The notes: generated by a model not told the origin, from the sequence alone. 17,961 bases of DNA from Candidatus Calescibacterium sp. (GCA_032249135.1 JAVVGL010000035.1:1-17961), one strand, 5' to 3'; counted from the first letter of the stretch, positions 8,575 to 16,925 are shown. Numbers and translations: made by a program.

Positions 8575-9813
8575 GTGGGAGAGGAATTATATACAATCTT
8601 GTTAGTCTTTTTATCTTTGTTAGCTTTATCTGCGTTCTCATCTATGGCGGAAGTAGTCTATTCTTCTGAGAGGAAAAAATTGATCGCTTCTGTGAGAAAA
8701 GATAACAGAATATATGAGCTTCTGAGAAAGCCTGAAAAATTTTTTGCAGCAACTTTGATTTTAAACAACATAGCAAATATACTCCTTGCATCTTTTATAA
8801 CATATAAGGTAAGTAGAATAAGTGGCAAGCTTGTTATTTTGTCGACAGTTTTTATTACAGCAACTATAATAGTTTTTGGTGAAATTTTACCGAAGGTATG
8901 GGGGATAAAAAATTCTCACGAAATAGCAAAAATAATATTGAGGTTGATGTATCTACCCTCGCAGATTCTATCTCCTCTTATAAAACCTATTGAGAGACTA
9001 ATAAAATCTATGGGTGAAGAAGAGATGATAACTCATATACCGCTTGAAATTCTTGAAAAAGAGCAGATAAAGATGATAGAGGGAGTAAAAAGACTTGCAG
9101 AGCTTGAGCTCCAAGATATCATGATACCAGCGGAAGATGTCAAAACAATAGATTACAATATGACTTTGAAAGAAGCGATAGAAAAAATAAAACAAACAAG
9201 ACATACAAGATATCCTTTAATCTCAGATGGTAAAGTTTTAGGAATAATACTTTCAAAAAATCTTCTTTTTATGTTTCCTGACAAAATCCCAGATGAAAAT
9301 ATGAAGATTTCAGATATAGTAAAGTTATATCCTGAAATATTAAAACCTGCAAAATATGCTCCACCGAATAAATCTGTTATAGATCAACTCAGAGATTTCA
9401 GAAGATGGAAAACCCACATGGTTTGCATAATAGATGATCAAGGTAAATTTGAGGGAATAGTAACTATGGAAGATATAATAGAGGAAATTGTTGGCTCTAT
9501 AAAAGATGAATTCTCTGATCAAAAAGAAAATTTCTGGGTGGACGGTGAGTTTATCTACGCAAAAGGTCAAACACCAATAAGAGATATAAATAGAGAACTT
9601 GGAGTGAACATAGATGAGAGATTTTCTACAATATCTTCAACAATAATCTCAATTCTTGGCAGAATTCCAGAAAAAGGAGAGAAAATAATCTTTGATGGAT
9701 GGGAAATAGAAGTTATTGATTCAACAAGATCAAAAATAAATCTTGTGAGGTTAAAACATCTACCATCTGCGAATAAGGAATCTGTAAATGAGGTACAAAA
9801 GGCAGAAAATTAG
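8575..9813 (+). CDS. CNNM/HlyC-CorC family membrane protein (DUF21 + CBS pair + CorC_HlyC)
   Basis: Motifs SAFSSMAE, ILNNIANI, FGEILPK, HTRYP and GIVTMEDIIEEIVGSIKDEF, with a C-terminal LGRIPEKGE. GTG start. Confidence 0.9.
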   Translation: MGEELYTILLVFLSLLALSAFSSMAEVVYSSERKKLIASVRKDNRIYELLRKPEKFFAATLILNNIANILLASFITYKVSRISGKLVILSTVFITATIIVFGEILPKVWGIKNSHEIAKIILRLMYLPSQILSPLIKPIERLIKSMGEEEMITHIPLEILEKEQIKMIEGVKRLAELELQDIMIPAEDVKTIDYNMTLKEAIEKIKQTRHTRYPLISDGKVLGIILSKNLLFMFPDKIPDENMKISDIVKLYPEILKPAKYAPPNKSVIDQLRDFRRWKTHMVCIIDDQGKFEGIVTMEDIIEEIVGSIKDEFSDQKENFWVDGEFIYAKGQTPIRDINRELGVNIDERFSTISSTIISILGRIPEKGEKIIFDGWEIEVIDSTRSKINLVRLKHLPSANKESVNEVQKAEN

Positions 9814-9843
9814 AATTTTAGATAAAATTGCAATTTACTGCTG

Positions 9844-11112
9844 TTAAAGAATTGATGTATCTCCTTTTAGTAATCTGCGAGCTATTGTTCTTCTTTGTAT
9901 TTCGGAGGTTCCATCTGGTATTCTATAAGTTCTCGCAAGTCGCCAACCATCTTGGAGTTGCAATTCGTTAGTAAGTCCCATTCCCCCGAAAATTTGAATT
10001 GCTCTATCATAAACTCTCTGACAAGCCTCAACACAATAAGCTTTAACTGCTGAAATTTCTTTAACCGGTATTCTATCTGAGTTTTCTGCTTTCCATCCGC
10101 AGTGGATTGCAAGAACCTGAGAAGTATATGTGTCTATATACATGTCGGCAAGCATAAACTGTATTGCCTGATATTCTGCTATTGGGTTTCCAAAAGCTTT
10201 TCTTTGTTTTGAATATTCAATTGCCTGATTTAATGCCCATTCAGAAAGTCCTGCACATATTGCACCTATTGCCAGCCTTCCTATGTCTATTCCTTGCATA
10301 GCTTTTATGAACCCAAAATTAACTTCACCTATAACATGGCTATCTGGAACCTCAACATTATCAAAAGATAGTATTCCTGTATCAGATCCCACATGTCCCA
10401 TATATGGAATTACAGATTGAACTTTCCAGCCTCTTTCTTTCTCAACAAAGAATGCCGTTATTCCTCCTTTTCTTTGTTTTAGTAAATCTGGATCTGTGAC
10501 TGCGAAAACTACACAAAAGTCAGCATACGGACCATTTGTGATCCACTGTTTCAGTCCATTTATTACCCATTTTCCGTTTTTTCTTTCTGCTCGCGTTTTC
10601 AGTGACCATATATCAGACCCTGCTTCTGGTTCAGACAGGGCAAAACACAATGTTTTTTCTCCTTCAAGCATTGATGGCAAGTAAGCTTTTTTGAGTTCAT
10701 CCGAAAGTTCTAAAATAACGGGAGATGGACCATCTACGAAACCTGCTATAAGAGGATGAATTAGTAATCCCTTCCCAGATGTTATGAGTGGTCTTCCGGG
10801 ACCATATCTTGCATGTAATGATATATTTACAAAAACAGATGTTAGTGGTCCAAGCCCCATACCACCTAATTCTTTTGGGACGAACATATTCAAAAACCCA
10901 GCTTTTGCAGATTTTTTTCTGACATATTTTCTGAGTTCTAAAACTTCTTTTTTGAGGTAACCATTTGGTTCATACATATTCACTTCGCTTTCAAGTAGTT
11001 TTTTATTTTCTTTTTCAAGAGGTATAATTTCAGACTCTATGAACTTAAAAAGAGCATCTATTATTTGCCTTATTTCTTCTGGTGGTCTCAAATTTATTCC
11101 TTGCTGTTCCAT
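9844..11112 (-). CDS. Acyl-CoA dehydrogenase family protein
   Basis: Motifs CFALSEPEAGSD, INGLKQWITNG, FDNVEVP, RKAFG, QAIQFMLADM, AIQIFGGMG and RIPDGTSEIQR. Confidence 0.95.
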   Translation of the reverse strand: MEQQGINLRPPEEIRQIIDALFKFIESEIIPLEKENKKLLESEVNMYEPNGYLKKEVLELRKYVRKKSAKAGFLNMFVPKELGGMGLGPLTSVFVNISLHARYGPGRPLITSGKGLLIHPLIAGFVDGPSPVILELSDELKKAYLPSMLEGEKTLCFALSEPEAGSDIWSLKTRAERKNGKWVINGLKQWITNGPYADFCVVFAVTDPDLLKQRKGGITAFFVEKERGWKVQSVIPYMGHVGSDTGILSFDNVEVPDSHVIGEVNFGFIKAMQGIDIGRLAIGAICAGLSEWALNQAIEYSKQRKAFGNPIAEYQAIQFMLADMYIDTYTSQVLAIHCGWKAENSDRIPVKEISAVKAYCVEACQRVYDRAIQIFGGMGLTNELQLQDGWRLARTYRIPDGTSEIQRRTIARRLLKGDTSIL

Positions 11113-11224
11113 ATTTTGAAATTATTTTCTTGTGGGAATGTTTATGTGAAAACAACAAAATTTTTGCTAATTTGTTAAAAAATCTTTTCCCCTTTCTCTA
11201 TCTATTCTTTAAAATTTTTCTCTT

Positions 11225-11383
11225 TCATATAAAATTTCCCCTTTCCTTGGTCAATATGAATTCCTCTCCATCTTCGTAGAATACTACTTTTTGTTCTTTT
11301 CTATCTATTGTGATTTCGGGACACTGACCGCAGGCGGGACACAAAGTTATTTTTTCTTCTTTTTTAATTTCTTTCTCTGCCAT
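11225..11383 (-). CDS. Small 52-aa CxxCxxC protein, putative metal-binding (absent from the ORF track)
   Basis: Hand translation: MAEKEIKKEEKITLCPACGQCPEITIDRKEQKVVFYEDGEEFILTKERGNFI*. SD AAAGGAGGTG lies 7 nt upstream, and the gene is divergent from the merR-like gene. Confidence 0.75.
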   Translation of the reverse strand: MAEKEIKKEEKITLCPACGQCPEITIDRKEQKVVFYEDGEEFILTKERGNFI

Positions 11384-11390
11384 GTTATTT

Positions 11391-11400
11391 CACCTCCTTT
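11391..11400 (-). promoter_or_regulatory. Strong Shine-Dalgarno (AAAGGAGGTG) of the small Cys protein
   Basis: The + strand cacctccttt is the reverse complement of AAAGGAGGTG, 7 nt from the ATG at 11383. Confidence 0.8.
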
Positions 11401-11435
11401 CTTTGTTTTTTTATTTGTTTTACCTAAAAATTTAG

Positions 11436-11459
11436 AACTTTGAAGTGGGCTTTAAGGTT
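11436..11459. promoter_or_regulatory. Putative MerR-family operator (imperfect palindrome)
   Basis: AACTTTGAAG-TGGG-CTTTAAGGTT has an 8/10 arm match. The 22-bp core (11437-11458) has the same geometry as the ZntR operator and is followed by TAAAAT (11460-11465), 20 bp after AGAACT. It lies between the divergent merR-like and small Cys genes. Confidence 0.65.
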
Positions 11460-11528
11460 TAAAATTCAGGAAATTTTATAAGCTGACGAAAAGCAAATTT
11501 TTTTGTATCTTTGAATAACATATAAATT

Positions 11529-11957
11529 ATGGGTTTGGGGAACGATTATTTTATAGTAAGAGATGTTGCAAAAAGATGTAAAGTAGCTCCGAGCACGGTA
11601 AGATACTACACAAAGATTGGGCTGATTTCTCCTTGTGGTTAGACGGAATCGGTATACAAGCTTTACGACAAAAAAGCAATAGAAAAGATAGAGTTTATAA
11701 AGAAAGCAAAGAAATTAGGATTCACACTTGATGAAATAAAGGTTGTGATTGATACAGCTGAATCGGGTAGGGCACCTTGCAAGCATGTTATAAGGTTCAT
11801 CAAAATGAAAAAAGAAAGGATAGAAAAAAGGATGGAATTTTTGAAAGAATTCAAGAAGAGAATTGAGAAAGTTTTGAGAAGGTTGGAGGGAAAATTGGGG
11901 AGGTGCGGCGGTAAAATATGCGCAATAGTTGAGGAAATTGAAATTGCGCAAGATTAA
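11529..11957 (+). pseudogene. MerR-family heavy-metal-responsive regulator interrupted by an in-frame TAG (codon 38, 11640-11642)
   Basis: MGLGNDYFIVRDVAKRCKVAPSTVRYYTKIGLISPCG*TESVYKLYDKKAIEKIEFIKKAKKLGFTLDEIK continues in frame into the track's 11745..11957 ORF. MerR motifs TVRYY..IGL and AK.LGFTLDEIK are present, with Cys84, Cys126 and Cys131. It would be 142 aa if read through. Confidence 0.85.
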
Positions 11958-11991
11958 GGAATAAAATAAAAGAAGTTTCTAAAATTGTATT

Positions 11992-12339
11992 ATGAGGTAT
12001 ATGAAGAGAAAATCTGGATCAAAGGTTGAGAGCCAAGTTGAAGAAAAAAATCGTGAAGAAAAAAAAGACAAAGATAAAGAGATATATGAGGAGATAAAAG
12101 GTTTGCTTTCTCGTTTGCCGGCAGTATGGAATATTCTTTCTTTGATAGCAGAAAAGGGAACAAGCGCTTCAAAAATTTTGGTTCAGGCAATAAGCAATGT
12201 TTTGAGGGAAGAATTGAGACTTTTTTTTAAATCAATTGATATTGTCGGTTTGATGAAAAGAGTTATTCTTGATACATCGGTTGAACTGAAAATTGAAATA
12301 ACTTTTAAAGATAGGAGTTCTGATAAAGATAAGAGTTGA
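11992..12339 (+). CDS. Hypothetical protein (charged N-terminus, amphipathic C-terminal half)
   Basis: 115-aa ORF with typical composition for this genome, downstream of the merR-like gene. An alternative ATG is at 12001. It overlaps the amidase 3' end by 35 bp. Confidence 0.65.
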   Translation: MRYMKRKSGSKVESQVEEKNREEKKDKDKEIYEEIKGLLSRLPAVWNILSLIAEKGTSASKILVQAISNVLREELRLFFKSIDIVGLMKRVILDTSVELKIEITFKDRSSDKDKS

Positions 12340-13354
12340 TGAACTCTTCAATTGCAATATATATTTTCTCCGTAAGTTGTGAGATATAATTTTTATCTTT
12401 AAGTTTTTTTCTTTCCTCTGGGTTTGTAATGAAACCTAATTCTATAAGAACAGATGGACAGAAAGTTCCTGCAAGGACATAAAACGGAGCCCCTTCTATT
12501 CTTCTTACTGTATTCAGTTTATTTATATGTCCCGCTATGGTTTTTGCGAGTTTTTTTGATGAATCTTCTCTGAAATCTGATGATATGCTGAAAACAATTG
12601 ATTCATCTTTTCCCATTTTTACTCCGTTTTCCTTTTGTGCAATTTTGAAAGCATATTCCGAGAATTTTTGAGAAAAGTAGTAAATTTCAAATCCTTTTGC
12701 TTGTGATTTTGAAGAGTTCACATGAATTGATATGAAAGCATCGCATTCTAACGCGTTTGCTATTGCGCTTCTTTCTTCAAGCTCCAAAAAAACATCTTTA
12801 TCTCTTGTCAAAAACACATCAAATTTTCCCGTTTTTTTCATTTCTTCATATAGTTTTTTTGCTACAAGTAAAGTTATATCTTTTTCTTTCATACCAGCAA
12901 AGATTGTTCCTGGGTCTTTTCCGCCGTGTCCAGCATCTATAACTATTCTTGGTTTTCTTTCATTCTCCTTCATAAAATCTTCTATTTCCTTTTCTTTAAA
13001 GCCAACATCAATTATTATCTTGTATGGAAAAGGTATAACAAAGTATCTTGCTACTGAGAAATTATTTTTGAACTTGATTTCTATCTTATTCTTTTGAAGC
13101 TCAGCTTGAAAAGTTGAGGTTGTAATTTTGGATTTCCTTATATCTTTAATTTGAATAATTTTCTTAGTTGGTGATATTTTTCGTGAAAACAATATTGATA
13201 TAGTTTTTTTATCTGCTGAAAAATTAAAATCTACTTTCTCTTTTAGTTCCAAAGATATTCTCACATAATCTTCAAATCCTATTGATTTTATATCTTTTAT
13301 GATGCTGTTATTTTCTCTGAGAAGAAAAAGCAGAAAAAGTGCATGAAAAATCAT
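12305..13354 (-). CDS. N-acetylmuramoyl-L-alanine amidase (Amidase_3, AmiC/AmiB-like, probable AMIN domain)
   Basis: Motifs IVIDAGHGGKDPG, EKDITL, LTRDKD, LEERSAIAN, FISIHVN, GFEIY, APFYVL and PSVLIELGFITN. Hydrophobic N-terminus and AMIN-like YVRISLE...PYKIIID. Confidence 0.93.
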   Translation of the reverse strand: MIFHALFLLFLLRENNSIIKDIKSIGFEDYVRISLELKEKVDFNFSADKKTISILFSRKISPTKKIIQIKDIRKSKITTSTFQAELQKNKIEIKFKNNFSVARYFVIPFPYKIIIDVGFKEKEIEDFMKENERKPRIVIDAGHGGKDPGTIFAGMKEKDITLLVAKKLYEEMKKTGKFDVFLTRDKDVFLELEERSAIANALECDAFISIHVNSSKSQAKGFEIYYFSQKFSEYAFKIAQKENGVKMGKDESIVFSISSDFREDSSKKLAKTIAGHINKLNTVRRIEGAPFYVLAGTFCPSVLIELGFITNPEERKKLKDKNYISQLTEKIYIAIEEFINSYLYQNSYL

Positions 13355-13359
13355 AACAC

Positions 13360-13367
13360 AGTATAAT
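13360..13367. promoter_or_regulatory. Overlapping divergent -10-like hexamers (TATAAT on +, TATACT on -)
   Basis: TATAAT at 13362-13367 is 10 nt before GTG 13378. TATACT on the - strand (13360-13365) is 5 nt before ATG 13354. The 23-bp gap has no SD. Confidence 0.45.
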
Positions 13368-13377
13368 TTTAAAATCT

Positions 13378-14397
13378 GTGGATCTCAAAAAAAGGTTTGA
13401 TAGAGCAAAAAAGTTGGCTGAATTAGGTCAGAAAGAGCTAAAACTTTATCCGGCTTGTGCTCTCCTGATGGGCGATTATTTCGGAAATTACTACGAGGAA
13501 TATATAGGATGTGAGAGAGGAAGTCTTTTTGATATTGCATCACTGACAAAGCCAATAGCAGGAATCACAATACTTTTTCATACGAGAACTTCGCTTGATG
13601 AAAAAATTTACGATTTTTTGGGCGAACCAAAATCAGATAAAGATGAGAAGGCAAAAATAAAAGTAAAAGATATTTTATCTCACAAAGCTGGATTTTGTGC
13701 TCACATACCTTTGTTTGAAAAAGTTGAAGAAAAATATGAAAGAAAAGATGTTGAAAGAAAAAATTTAGAATTTCATAAATTAAGGGAGATAATTTTTGAT
13801 GAGGCTTGGAATTCACCTTTGTGCTACAAAGTCGGAGAAAAGTGCGTATATAGTGATATAGGTTTTATTTGTCTCACAAGATTTTTTGAGAAAAAAACAC
13901 AAAAAAATATTTTAGAACTTTTTTCTGATGTAAAGTTGAGTTTAAAAGCAAATAGAATTTATTTTTATAACTACGCTCCTGAAAATGAAAAAAAATACAT
14001 AGTGAAAACATCTTATGATTTGAGGGTTCATGATGAAAACTCATATTATATGAATAGTTTGTCTTTGCATGCGGGACTTCTGTCAGACGCTTACGAGCTC
14101 ACAAAGTTCTGCGTATACTTTATTGAGAATATAAATTTCTCTGAGGGTGAGGAAATAGTAAAAAAGGGGGAAAGATTTTTTTTAGGTTTTGATTCTTTTA
14201 TTTTGGAAGATAAAATTCTTTTTGGACATCTTGGTTTTACAGGTTGTGGTTTTTGGATAGAACACAAAAAAAAGGAATTTTGCATTTTTTTGTCAAACAG
14301 AGTTTTCCCATCTTATGGAAGGTATCCATCTCAAGCTCCGAAAGAATTTTTGGAGTTAAGAAAAAAAATATGGATGATTTTCGGAGAAAATAAATGA
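13378..14397 (+). CDS. Beta-lactamase-fold serine hydrolase (EstB/AmiE-YbbE-like)
   Basis: SxxK in FDIASLTK, plus LSHKAG, YSDIGF, VHDEN, HAGL, FGHLGFTG and LSNRV. No evident signal peptide. Confidence 0.88.
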   Translation: MDLKKRFDRAKKLAELGQKELKLYPACALLMGDYFGNYYEEYIGCERGSLFDIASLTKPIAGITILFHTRTSLDEKIYDFLGEPKSDKDEKAKIKVKDILSHKAGFCAHIPLFEKVEEKYERKDVERKNLEFHKLREIIFDEAWNSPLCYKVGEKCVYSDIGFICLTRFFEKKTQKNILELFSDVKLSLKANRIYFYNYAPENEKKYIVKTSYDLRVHDENSYYMNSLSLHAGLLSDAYELTKFCVYFIENINFSEGEEIVKKGERFFLGFDSFILEDKILFGHLGFTGCGFWIEHKKKEFCIFLSNRVFPSYGRYPSQAPKEFLELRKKIWMIFGENK

Positions 14398-14406
14398 CCC
14401 AGGGGG

Positions 14407-16788
14407 TTAATTCTCTCCTGATCTTTTTCTTATTCTCAAGGAGTTCAGAACAACAAAAATAGAGCTAAAAGACATAGCAATTGCTGACATGAAAGGTTTC
14501 AAAAATATTCCAAAGTTATATAGCATACCTGCTGCAATAGGTATTAGTATTAAATTATAAAAAAAAGCCCAAAAGAAATTTTGCTTTATTATTGAGAATG
14601 TTTTTTTGCCAAGTTTGAATATATGAGTAACTCGGTCTATATCTTCTACCACTACATCAGCAGTGACTTTTGAGATTTCAGAAGCTGATGATATTGCTAC
14701 TCCAACATCTGCCTCAGCCAGAGCTGGGGCATCGTTTATTCCGTCGCCCACCATCATAACTTTTCCGTATTTTCGCAAGTTCTTTATTATTTCTGCTTTT
14801 TTATCCGGAAGAACATCGGCAAAAAATCCATCAACTCCTAAAATAGAACTTACTTTTTCTGCAACTGAAAATTTATCTCCTGTCAGAATAAAAACTTTTA
14901 ATCCAATTTTTTTGAGTTCATTTACTACTTCTTTTGATTTTTCTTTTATATTATCTTCAAAAGTTAAAGCTCCCACCAATTTTCCATTTATTCCAAATAG
15001 AACTGAGGTGTTTTTATTTTCTTTGAAAATCTTTTCAATCTTTTTCCTTTCTTTCTCTTCAATTTTTACCCCTGCTTCTTCAAGAAATTCGGGTTTGCCG
15101 ATAACTATTTCGTTTCCGTAGATTTTTGCGAAAACTCCTTTTCCTTTTGAGTTGAAAAAGAAATCTGGGTTTTTGGGCTTTATACCCTCAGATAAAGCAA
15201 AGCTTATAATTGCTTTTGCTATCGGATGATTTGAGTTCATCTCACAAGAAGAAAGTAAAAATAAAATTTCTTTTCTTTCGTATTCTGGGTTAAACAAGAT
15301 GATATCTTTCAGTTTCAATTTTCCTTCTGTTATAGTTCCGGTTTTGTCAAATACTACGACTTTTATTTTTGGCAAAATTTCAAATATTGAACCATCTCTT
15401 ATGAGTATTTTTTTAGAGAGGGCTTTTCCTATTGCTGATGCTACAGCAGTTGGGGTTGCGAGTCCCAAAGCGCAAGGGCAAGCTACAACTATTGTTGATA
15501 AAGCCCTTTCAAGAGCGAAAACAAAACTATCTGCAAGTATCCAATATATGAAAACAAAAAGTGAAATCATTATTATAGAGGGTACAAAAAACTGAGACAC
15601 TTTATCTCCAAATTTTTCAATGCTGCTTTTTGAGAATTGAGCCTGTCTTACTGATGAAATTATTTTCCTCAAAATGGTGTTTTCGCCTTCGCTTTCTACC
15701 TTCAAAATTCCACTTCCTTCCAAAATAAGAGAGCCTGAGAATATTTTTTCTCCTTCTAATTTGGTTTTAGGTTCAAGTTCGCCGGTGATGTGAGATTCAT
15801 CAACTTTTACAATACCTTTTATCAGAATTCCATCGTGCGATACTCTTTCTCCTTCAAACAAGATTATTTCATCTCCTACTTTTACATCTTCAAACTTTAC
15901 ATCAATTTCTTCACCATTTCTTTTGACTTTTACTGTTTTTGGTTCAAGTTCTGATAATTTTTTTAAAGCTGGCAGTATATCTTTCCTTGCGGAAAGCTCA
16001 ATTGACTTTCCCAAAAGCATAATAGATGTTATGAGAACTGAACTTTCAAAGAACATCACTTCTTCTCTGAAGAGGTTTGGAAAGAAAACATATAGCGTGC
16101 TTACGAAATATCCTAAATATATTCCAATTGATACAAGAAAATTCATATCAAAAGAAAAAGATATGAGTTTCCTCAAAAATCCTTTTGAAAAGTATGATGA
16201 TAAGAATAATATCACAGGTGTTGAAACAAAAAAATCTACTATGTGTGGAGTATGAAATCCAAAGAGCATTTTGAAGATAAAATATGTGGATGGCGGTATG
16301 GAGAAGATAAATTTTGTTTTTAAAGTTTTGGTTCCATCATGGAAGATTTCTTGCTTTTCGCCTGATATAACTCCCTTTATTTTTATTCCCTGTTTTTTGA
16401 GTTCATTTTTTATATTATCAATTTCTATAAAGCCGGGAACGAATTCAATTTCTATTTCATCTGATGCTTGATTTAGTTTTACTGAAACAATACCGTTTAT
16501 TTTCTCTAAACTCTCCTTTATTTTTTGAGGAATTATCCAACTTATATCTCCTAAAAAAATAGCTTTTTTAGTTTCAACTTTGTATCCTTTTTCTCTTACT
16601 TTTTCCGATATTTCCTTTGCGATGTTTTTTACATTTTTTTCTAAAATAATTTCTGCTGTTCCATCTATTAAGCTTACTGAAACATTTTTTATACCATCAA
16701 TAGTTTTTATAGTTTTCTCTACCGTTGCTACACAACCTGAACATGTCATTCCGTAAATTCTTACTGAAATTTTATTCTGATTCCTCAT
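14407..16788 (-). CDS. copA: Cu(I)-translocating P1B-1 ATPase
   Basis: N-terminal GMTCSGC HMA domain, TGE, ACPCALGLATP, FDKTGT, HP and GDGINDAPALA. The TM motifs YN and MSFSS are diagnostic of P1B-1. Confidence 0.92.
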   Translation of the reverse strand: MRNQNKISVRIYGMTCSGCVATVEKTIKTIDGIKNVSVSLIDGTAEIILEKNVKNIAKEISEKVREKGYKVETKKAIFLGDISWIIPQKIKESLEKINGIVSVKLNQASDEIEIEFVPGFIEIDNIKNELKKQGIKIKGVISGEKQEIFHDGTKTLKTKFIFSIPPSTYFIFKMLFGFHTPHIVDFFVSTPVILFLSSYFSKGFLRKLISFSFDMNFLVSIGIYLGYFVSTLYVFFPNLFREEVMFFESSVLITSIMLLGKSIELSARKDILPALKKLSELEPKTVKVKRNGEEIDVKFEDVKVGDEIILFEGERVSHDGILIKGIVKVDESHITGELEPKTKLEGEKIFSGSLILEGSGILKVESEGENTILRKIISSVRQAQFSKSSIEKFGDKVSQFFVPSIIMISLFVFIYWILADSFVFALERALSTIVVACPCALGLATPTAVASAIGKALSKKILIRDGSIFEILPKIKVVVFDKTGTITEGKLKLKDIILFNPEYERKEILFLLSSCEMNSNHPIAKAIISFALSEGIKPKNPDFFFNSKGKGVFAKIYGNEIVIGKPEFLEEAGVKIEEKERKKIEKIFKENKNTSVLFGINGKLVGALTFEDNIKEKSKEVVNELKKIGLKVFILTGDKFSVAEKVSSILGVDGFFADVLPDKKAEIIKNLRKYGKVMMVGDGINDAPALAEADVGVAISSASEISKVTADVVVEDIDRVTHIFKLGKKTFSIIKQNFFWAFFYNLILIPIAAGMLYNFGIFLKPFMSAIAMSFSSIFVVLNSLRIRKRSGEN

Positions 16789-16925
16789 ATTTTTTTATCC
16801 CATATGCTCAATTTATAGTATTTTTGCGAAGTTCTGAAAAATATTATAATTCCCAAAGCAAAACCAACGGATAAAAAACTCAAAAAAATAAAAAATAAAT
16901 CCAGAAGTTTTATATTTTCAAAGAT

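Noticed and set aside
11640-11642. Genome-wide TAG reassignment (alternative genetic code)
   Set aside because: TAG ends the nusB-like gene (1054-1056) and the CNNM gene (9811-9813) at expected lengths, and no other conserved gene here is interrupted.
11745-11957. 70-aa ORF as an independent gene
   Set aside because: It is the in-frame C-terminal half of the interrupted MerR gene.
14663-16471. Plus-strand ORFs inside copA, and similar short ORFs inside other genes
   Set aside because: Antisense or off-frame shadows of confidently identified genes with no motifs.
16789-16925. CueR/CsoR operator upstream of copA
   Set aside because: No convincing dyad seen by eye.
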